Assembly: GCA_021463645.1 (NCBI GenBank)
Contig: JAJTYI010000006.1
Span: 1-51,691 of the forward strand
Source of the DNA: a bacterium
Lineage (GTDB): Bacteria > Patescibacteriota > Dojkabacteria > B142 > OLB20
Reading direction: 5' to 3'
Length of the DNA: 51,691 nt
The stretch's first letter is position 1, and every line of letters begins with the position of its first letter. The notes beneath the pieces were generated by a model. That model was not told the DNA's origin. It ran no database searches and was given only the letters and a program-made list of their open reading frames with translations. A program made the translations under genes and the position numbers. This document shows, one piece after another, positions 45,873-51,691 of the stretch.

Positions 45873-46263
45873 TGTCACTCCTGCGAAGGCAGGAGTCTAC
45901 TTCAAATTAATGTGATTTCTTCCCAATTCGGATTCACTTCCTCAATCATCCTAATCTTCCAATTCCGTTTCCACTTTTTTATATTCTTCTCCCTTCCGAT
46001 AGCATCCCAAACATAGCTATATACTTCGTAATAAACCAAACGATGAAGAGAATATCTTGATGTAAAGCTATTCTCAATTAGATCGTTTTTGTGTTCATAG
46101 ACGCGTCTAATCAAATTATTTGTTATCCCAATGTAAAGTGTGCCTTTGGGTTTGTTTGTCATTATGTAGACATAGTAGTTTTTCATGGTGTTATTCTAAA
46201 ATAGGATTCTGGAAATTAAATGACTTTTAGGCAGATTGGACTCCTGCCTTCGCAGGAGTGACA
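45873..46263 (-). mobile_element. GIY-YIG cassette copy 2, bounded by inverted 25-nt hairpin repeats
   Basis: TGTCACTCCTGCGAAGGCAGGAGTC (45873-45897) and its exact reverse complement GACTCCTGCCTTCGCAGGAGTGACA (46239-46263). The unit is 391 bp and is about 90% identical by eye to copy 1. Confidence 0.6.
45902..46186 (-). CDS. GIY-YIG nuclease family protein (paralog)
   Basis: 94 aa, differing from the 43319-43603 product at about 10 positions. Confidence 0.9.
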   Translation of the reverse strand: MKNYYVYIMTNKPKGTLYIGITNNLIRRVYEHKNDLIENSFTSRYSLHRLVYYEVYSYVWDAIGREKNIKKWKRNWKIRMIEEVNPNWEEITLI

Positions 46264-46361
46264 GTTGGTGGCGTGTTAATCGGGTGAACCCCTGCCCCTG
46301 TCTTGAAGGGAGGACACTCCTACTCAGGAATGACACTACGCTGGATTTTACCCCCACCCAT

Positions 46362-46370
46362 TGCTATAAT
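46362..46370 (+). promoter_or_regulatory. extended -10 promoter-like element (TGcTATAAT)
   Basis: TG at 46362-46363 and TATAAT at 46365-46370, 22 nt upstream of the ATG at 46392. Confidence 0.3.
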
Positions 46371-46391
46371 TTGGGGCTTATTCCAATATAA

Positions 46392-47336
46392 ATGAAACAG
46401 AAAAAATCAATTTCCTATGTTTTGCCCGTATACAACGAACAAGAAGGCCTCGCAGAGTTTTATAACGCTTTGACCAAGGCGACAGACACCATCTCAGAAA
46501 ACTATAATTTTGAATATGTCTTTATAAACGACGGAAGTAAAGATAATTCTTTTAGCATCCTTCAAAGTCTTTTTGAGAAAGATTCGAGAGTAAAAGTAAT
46601 CAATTTCTCCAAGAACTTCGGACACCAGATGGCAATCACAGCAGGAATTGATATGGCAGAAGGTGACGCTGTAATAATTATGGATACTGACCTTCAGGAC
46701 CCTCCAGAAGCAAGTTTGAAATTGGTAGAAAAATGGCAAGAAGGCTTTGAAGTTATATATGCCCAAAGAGAACAAAGACGTGATGGAGCTATTAAAAAAT
46801 TAACAGCATATATGTTTTACAGAATTCTTGATATCTTAAGCGAAGTTAAAATCCCCAAGGATACTGGAGACTTCCGACTTCTCGACCGAAAAGTAGTATT
46901 AGAAATGAGAAGGTTCCGAGAGACTAACAGATTTATGCGGGGTTTGACATCTTATGTGGGATTTAAACAGACAGCCGTACTGTTTAACCGAGACAAGAGA
47001 TTCGCAGGTGAGACACACTACCCTTTCAGGAAAATGTTCAAATTGGCATTCGACGGAATAACCAGTTTCTCTACAGTACCACTTAAATTAATCACTCAGT
47101 TTGGTTTTTATGTTTCTTTTGTAAGCTTCTTAGGAATAATTTATGCATTGGTTGTTAGGATTTTCTACCCAGAAATGACGGTACAAGGTACCACATTCGC
47201 TATCATTTCAGTTTTGTTTATGGGTGGAGTTCAGATGGTAATGTTGGGAATTCTAGGCGAATATGTAGGCAGAATCTATCAAGAAGTTCAGAACAGACCT
47301 TTATACATTGTTTCTTCTGTTTTAAGTAAAAAATAA
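46392..47336 (+). CDS. GT2 polyprenol-phosphate glycosyltransferase (GtrB/ArnC-like)
   Basis: 314 aa with LPVYNEQE, FINDGSKDNS and DTDLQDPPE, plus two C-terminal TM helices. Confidence 0.9.
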   Translation: MKQKKSISYVLPVYNEQEGLAEFYNALTKATDTISENYNFEYVFINDGSKDNSFSILQSLFEKDSRVKVINFSKNFGHQMAITAGIDMAEGDAVIIMDTDLQDPPEASLKLVEKWQEGFEVIYAQREQRRDGAIKKLTAYMFYRILDILSEVKIPKDTGDFRLLDRKVVLEMRRFRETNRFMRGLTSYVGFKQTAVLFNRDKRFAGETHYPFRKMFKLAFDGITSFSTVPLKLITQFGFYVSFVSFLGIIYALVVRIFYPEMTVQGTTFAIISVLFMGGVQMVMLGILGEYVGRIYQEVQNRPLYIVSSVLSKK

Positions 47337-47359
47337 CTATTAAATATTAAAATTTCCAT

Positions 47360-48247
47360 ATGAAAGGAATCATATTAGCCGGTGGAAAAGGCACTAGACT
47401 TAGCCCACTAACTTTGGCAACTAGTAAACAGTTAATGCCTGTTTACGATAAGCCGATGATATACTACCCACTCTCAACACTGATGCAAGCGAAGATTCAG
47501 GAGATTTTGATAATTTCTACACCGGAAGATTTACCTAGATTCGAAAATCTACTTGGTGATGGTAGTGAATTGGGGATGAAATTTAGCTATAAAGAACAAC
47601 TCGAAGCAAATGGTCTCGCACAAGCATTTGTCTTAGGTGAGGAATTTATAGGATCTGACAAAGTTGCCTTGATTCTAGGAGATAATATTTTCTATGGTTC
47701 TACAATGGACGCTTCACTAATCGAACACACAGATCCTGATGGTGGTGTAGTTTTCGCTTATCACGTAAACGATGACGATGCTAGACGACTTGGTGTTGTA
47801 GAATTCGATGAGGCTTTCAATGCCCTTTCAATCGAAGAAAAACCAGCAGAACCAAAATCAAACTATGCTGTTCCTGGACTGTACTTCTATGACAATGAAG
47901 TTGTAAAAATCGCTAAATCACTCAAACCGAGTGCCAGAGGTGAATACGAAATCACTGATGTAAACAATGCTTACTTACAAAGAGGTAAATTAAAAGTAGG
48001 AGTTCTAGACCGTGGTACAGCTTGGTTAGATACGGGGACCTTCTCTTCTCTCATGCAAGCCGGTCAATTCGTACAAGTAATCGAAGAAAGACAAGGATTG
48101 AAAGTTGGTTGCATCGAAGAAATTGCTTTCAGGAATAAATTCATTGATGCAAAACAACTTGAAAAACTCGCAGAGAAATATATGAAGAGTGGTTACGGCC
48201 AATACTTACTAGGAGTTATGGATGATAAGGTAAAAAATGGGGATTAA
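47360..48247 (+). CDS. rmlA: glucose-1-phosphate thymidylyltransferase
   Basis: 295 aa with [38 protein letters not shown], and EKP and YFYD blocks. Confidence 0.95.
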   Translation: MKGIILAGGKGTRLSPLTLATSKQLMPVYDKPMIYYPLSTLMQAKIQEILIISTPEDLPRFENLLGDGSELGMKFSYKEQLEANGLAQAFVLGEEFIGSDKVALILGDNIFYGSTMDASLIEHTDPDGGVVFAYHVNDDDARRLGVVEFDEAFNALSIEEKPAEPKSNYAVPGLYFYDNEVVKIAKSLKPSARGEYEITDVNNAYLQRGKLKVGVLDRGTAWLDTGTFSSLMQAGQFVQVIEERQGLKVGCIEEIAFRNKFIDAKQLEKLAEKYMKSGYGQYLLGVMDDKVKNGD

Positions 48248-48986
48248 AGATTATAGCTATAATATTCTCCAATACAGAGTAAAACAAATAATCAAAAGAC
48301 TGCTCAAAGGTATGGATGAGCCGTTTCTTTGTATTATCACACCAGTGTTTGATCCATGTCTTAAAAGTCTTAAAGGACTTATCGCAGATCTTCAATATCA
48401 AACTTATGAAAATTTCATCCATGTAAGTATTGCGAATGGTAAAGAGCCTAAAATTCACAATTTAATTGAACACGTCCGCATCAACGACAAGAGATTTGTG
48501 TATGATGAAATACCTTTTGATAATAGTTATAAAGATTCCGGTCTTGTGGAAAATTTACTAATTATTAATGGAAAGCGCAGGAATTTTGTAATGTCTAAGT
48601 ATGATGCACTAATGTATCTAAATATTGGAGCTGACTTCAAACTGACCGATAATCAGATTTTCGAGAAGTTACATAATACACATATGGAGACCAGAAAAGA
48701 TATTATCATTCTGGAATCAGAAGTTGCGGAGAAAAAATATCCCCTTTATCCAATTAACAAACATCGCCATATCGATCTTACAAATTTCTGCTACTCAAAG
48801 AAACTGGCTCGAACAATTCCCTATCCTGAAGATATTGACCCAGAATTTGATGTAGCAAACGACTTTAGATATTTTGATAAAATTGCGAATTTCAAAGTTC
48901 TAGAAGGAATTTATGGTCAAAAAGATGGAAGAAATTTCTATAAAACAATCGAAGACATTTATAATGAGCAACACACAAAAAAATAG
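48237..48986 (+). CDS. hypothetical protein (weak GT2-like N-terminus)
   Basis: 249 aa. CIITPVFDP resembles the first strand of GT-A enzymes, but no clear DxD motif is present. Confidence 0.3.
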   Translation: MGIKDYSYNILQYRVKQIIKRLLKGMDEPFLCIITPVFDPCLKSLKGLIADLQYQTYENFIHVSIANGKEPKIHNLIEHVRINDKRFVYDEIPFDNSYKDSGLVENLLIINGKRRNFVMSKYDALMYLNIGADFKLTDNQIFEKLHNTHMETRKDIIILESEVAEKKYPLYPINKHRHIDLTNFCYSKKLARTIPYPEDIDPEFDVANDFRYFDKIANFKVLEGIYGQKDGRNFYKTIEDIYNEQHTKK

Positions 48987-49605
48987 CTGGACAATATTTG
49001 GATTAAGCAACTTTTCATACGACATTTTAGATGCAATCGAATCCAACGGTGACAAAGTTAAATATTTCGTCAGAAATCAAGATGTCGACGAAGAGATTGT
49101 TAAGCGAGTGCCACAAGATATTGAAATCATAGATTTAGCAGATTTCAAACCCAGTACAGACAAGTACTTCATTGGATTTATGGATTATAGAAAAGATGAT
49201 TTACTCAATGAGTTATTGAAGTTTAATTTGCGTTTCGACAATATAATTCATAAAGGTGCATACGTTTCTCACTACTCCACAATTGGATTTGGTAATTTCA
49301 TCGGAGCAAACGCAACAATAGCACCTCAAGTTACATTGGGAGATTTTAACTTCATAAACCGAAATTGTTCAGTTGGGCATCATACTGTTATTGGAAATAG
49401 AAACAAGACTGGACCGGGAGTAACAATTTGTAGCTTGTGTGAAATCGAGGATAACAATGCTTTTGGAGCAAATTGCACAATAATTCCTGAACTCAAAATC
49501 GCTTCAGAAGTGGAAATTGGCGCAGGTGCCGTGTTGACTGAGAATATTTCCGAAAGTGGTTTGTATGTAGGAATACCTGCGAAATTAGTTCAAAGGAAGG
49601 CCTAA
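48964..49605 (+). CDS. NeuD/PglB-like hexapeptide-repeat sugar acyltransferase
   Basis: The start is refined to ATG 48964. An N-terminal Rossmann-like segment (WTIFGLSNFSYDILDAIESNG) is followed by left-handed beta-helix hexapeptide repeats (IGANATIAPQVTLGD..., IGAGAVL). Confidence 0.7.
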   Translation: MSNTQKNSWTIFGLSNFSYDILDAIESNGDKVKYFVRNQDVDEEIVKRVPQDIEIIDLADFKPSTDKYFIGFMDYRKDDLLNELLKFNLRFDNIIHKGAYVSHYSTIGFGNFIGANATIAPQVTLGDFNFINRNCSVGHHTVIGNRNKTGPGVTICSLCEIEDNNAFGANCTIIPELKIASEVEIGAGAVLTENISESGLYVGIPAKLVQRKA

Positions 49606-50433
49606 ACGTTCTCTAGTTTCCTCAATTGTAGATACTTCCAAATCCATTAAATCAATAATCTTATTAATCCTTTCTAACTGACCTTGATTGGTTGCTAAAA
49701 CTTCTTTTTCTTGATTCAGATAAATATTATCTTCTAATCCAAGTCTCACTCCTCCTCCCATTGTCAAACCCATGACATTTGCGCGAAGTTGGAATCTCCC
49801 CAGTCCAGCAAAAGCCCAATTTGCGTTTTTTGGAAGAAGATTTAACAATGCTGAAATATTCGTGACCTCAAGTGGTGCAGTCCCAAGATTTCCTAGGAAA
49901 ATATTAAAATAAGGATTTTCATCCTTAATCATTCCTCGTTCGAGCATAAAGTTAGCTTTATGAATCATTCCTGGCTCAAAAATCTCAAATTCAGGTTTGA
50001 TACCGTTTTTTTGCATAGTAGTCGCTAATTTCTCAATCATTTCGGGAGAATTCATAGATGCGGTATTGATAAAATTCATAGAACCCATGGTCAAAGTGGC
50101 CATATCTGGCTTTATATCACCATCAAGCTCAAGCACTTCTGCTCTTTTCTCAAATTCGGACCAATTCCTTCCACTTGTGCTCACGGTGATAATCACCTTG
50201 GGCTGTTTATCTCGAATCCTCTTGATGATTTCTGCATAGATATCTTTTTTCCATGTTGGTTTACCCGATTTACCTCTAGCGTGCACATGTACGATACTCG
50301 CTCCATATTTAACAGCCATATCTACATCTTCTGCAATCTCCTGAGGGGTAAGGGGAACTGATTGATTCAGTTCCTTTGTGGGGATCATACCGGTGAGAGC
50401 GCAGTTGATGATTACTTTATCGGTTGTTTTCAT
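49585..50433 (-). CDS. beta-keto acid cleavage enzyme (BKACE/DUF849, 3-keto-5-aminohexanoate cleavage family)
   Basis: 282 aa, TIM-barrel-like, with VIINCALTGMIPTKE, IVHVHARG and VRLGLEDN. Its 3' end overlaps the convergent acyltransferase gene by 21 nt. Confidence 0.75.
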   Translation of the reverse strand: MKTTDKVIINCALTGMIPTKELNQSVPLTPQEIAEDVDMAVKYGASIVHVHARGKSGKPTWKKDIYAEIIKRIRDKQPKVIITVSTSGRNWSEFEKRAEVLELDGDIKPDMATLTMGSMNFINTASMNSPEMIEKLATTMQKNGIKPEFEIFEPGMIHKANFMLERGMIKDENPYFNIFLGNLGTAPLEVTNISALLNLLPKNANWAFAGLGRFQLRANVMGLTMGGGVRLGLEDNIYLNQEKEVLATNQGQLERINKIIDLMDLEVSTIEETRERLGLPLN

Positions 50434-50468
50434 AAATTCAGTAATTCGAATTCTTTATCCTAATCAGC

Positions 50469-51691
50469 CTACCGTCCAATTCCTTTGTAATAAATTCCCA
50501 ATTGATGGATTTTCTCAGAATCCAAACAATTTCTTCCATCAATGATTGCTTTTAATTTTGGGTATTTAGAAAAATCGACCTTTTTAATCTCATTATGATT
50601 TGTAGCAACTAATAGAGCTTCTGCAGATTTCAAACCTTTCTCTAATGACTCCACATTCGACATATCAAGTAAATATGGATCGAATTTAATAATATCTGCA
50701 CCAAGTTCTTCTAGCAATTTCAATATCTTCAAAGCAGGGCTTTCTCGTAGATCTCCTACATTAGCTTTATAGGATAATCCATACACCATTACTTTCGCAC
50801 CCTTTACTGGCATGGAGATTGCATTTAATCCATCTTGTAATAAATCAACAGTATAGTTTGGCATGCTGTTGTTCACCTCTCTAGCATATTTTAAGAATTG
50901 GTGATCAAAACCACTTTGTTTTGCTCTTTTTATCAAATAATATGGATCAACTGGAATACAATGACCTCCTACTCCGGCTCCAGGATAATGCGCCATAAAA
51001 GCAAACGGTTTATTTGAAGCTGCTTCAATTGTTTCTACTAAATCAATTCCCATTTTATCGAATGATTTCGCAAGTTCGTTTACATAGGCAATATTAATAT
51101 CTCGGAAAGTGTTTTCAATAATTTTTGTTGATTCGGCCACCTTCAATGACGAAACCACATTGACTTGAGCTTTTATAAATGTTCTATAGAATTTTGCAAT
51201 TTCCTCCGCACCACTTTTCGTAGTTGCTCCAATATTTCTAGGGATGTTGTATACGCTCCATCTTGGGTCCCCTGGATTTATCCTCTCTGGACAATGCGCA
51301 AGATCAAAGTCTTTACCTGCTTTCAATCCCGAAACTTCCTCAATCACAGGGATTACTTCTTCTTCACACACTCCGGGATTAATGGTTGATTCAACGATAA
51401 CCTTTGCACCAGTTTTCATATTCCTAGCAATGGTTGCAGAAGCTGACTTCACTGGGCCTAAATCGGGCTCAAATAAATCTGTGACAGGTGTAGGGACACA
51501 TACAATATAGAAATCTGCGTTTTTAATTTTTGATTCATCTTTCGTAGCTTGAACCTTCGTTTCTTTCATCCTCTCTTCAAGTTCAGGATCACTAAATGGT
51601 GGTTTACCAGAATCTATTGCTTTCAAAACTCTATCTGAGATATCAAATCCAACTACATCATACTTCCCAGTTTCTTTGATAGCGACTGCGA
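50469..51691 (-). CDS. nucleotide-sugar dehydrogenase (UDP-glucose/GDP-mannose dehydrogenase family), 5'-truncated by the window edge
   Basis: Motifs CVPTP and GGHCIPVDP (catalytic Cys), and a C-terminal UDPG_MGDP_dh-like domain. Hand translation shows the frame stays open upstream of the TTG at 51626 (..AVAIKETGKYDVVGFDISDRV..), so the gene continues beyond the window. Confidence 0.9.
   Translation of the reverse strand, partial: AVAIKETGKYDVVGFDISDRVLKAIDSGKPPFSDPELEERMKETKVQATKDESKIKNADFYIVCVPTPVTDLFEPDLGPVKSASATIARNMKTGAKVIVESTINPGVCEEEVIPVIEEVSGLKAGKDFDLAHCPERINPGDPRWSVYNIPRNIGATTKSGAEEIAKFYRTFIKAQVNVVSSLKVAESTKIIENTFRDINIAYVNELAKSFDKMGIDLVETIEAASNKPFAFMAHYPGAGVGGHCIPVDPYYLIKRAKQSGFDHQFLKYAREVNNSMPNYTVDLLQDGLNAISMPVKGAKVMVYGLSYKANVGDLRESPALKILKLLEELGADIIKFDPYLLDMSNVESLEKGLKSAEALLVATNHNEIKKVDFSKYPKLKAIIDGRNCLDSEKIHQLGIYYKGIGR

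Noticed and set aside
43251-46335. The repeated hairpins (GTCACTCCTGCG..GCAGGAGTC) read as a possible CRISPR array.
   Set aside because: The copies occur in both orientations, with irregular spacing from tens to hundreds of nt and variable stems. They flank protein-coding genes, and no cas genes are in the window.
1-51691. Alternative genetic code (UGA recoding, as in some candidate phyla).
   Set aside because: Long family-consistent ORFs close cleanly under the standard code. TGA is used as a genuine stop, for example for galE at 33175-33177 and rmlD at 42136-42138. No in-frame TGA had to be read through.

Overview
This is an AT-rich bacterial window read in the standard code. It has bacterial-type SecG and SecDF, TATAAT-like promoter boxes, many TTG starts and tightly overlapping genes. 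The very high glycosyltransferase load, the divergent housekeeping proteins and the absence of central metabolism fit a small-genome uncultivated lineage such as CPR/Patescibacteria, but that placement is inference only.

Layout:
- 0-14.1 kb holds envelope and housekeeping genes: GNAT, divergent SecD/SecF, MFS, DUF2207-LemA, a family-5 solute-binding protein, SecG, archaeal-type PyrH, Nnr, a cohesin-like surface protein and ApbE.
- 14.4-33.2 kb is one co-directional, largely translationally coupled array of about 19 kb. It opens with a 1585-aa four-module protein (GT2 + processive GT2 + Wzx-like flippase + GT4). It continues with an APH-fold kinase, a GT4/PIG-L deacetylase pair, a Pol-beta nucleotidyltransferase, a kinase paralog lacking the catalytic Asp, two GT-C-like polytopic proteins and a GH-like protein. 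It ends with ManC, a complete two-subunit ATP-citrate lyase (aclB-aclA) and GalE.
- 33.2-51.7 kb is a second glycan region. It holds a HisC-like aminotransferase, GT4, GtrA, a double GT4, GT2, rmlC-cupin-rmlD, Nudix, rmlB, a GtrB/ArnC-like GT2, rmlA, a NeuD-like acyltransferase, a BKACE enzyme and a partial nucleotide-sugar dehydrogenase.
- Two roughly 90% identical 391-bp GIY-YIG cassettes, each bounded by inverted 25-nt hairpin repeats, bracket rmlB and a tail-fibre-like secreted protein. Solo copies of the same hairpin family, with compensatory stem changes, occur after galE and after gtrA.

The most notable items are the ATP-citrate lyase embedded in a glycan locus, the four-module synthase/flippase fusion, and the GPI/PIM-like enzyme set (GT4, PIG-L, GT-C and polyprenol-phosphate-sugar GT2). 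No CRISPR array, rRNA or tRNA was seen.
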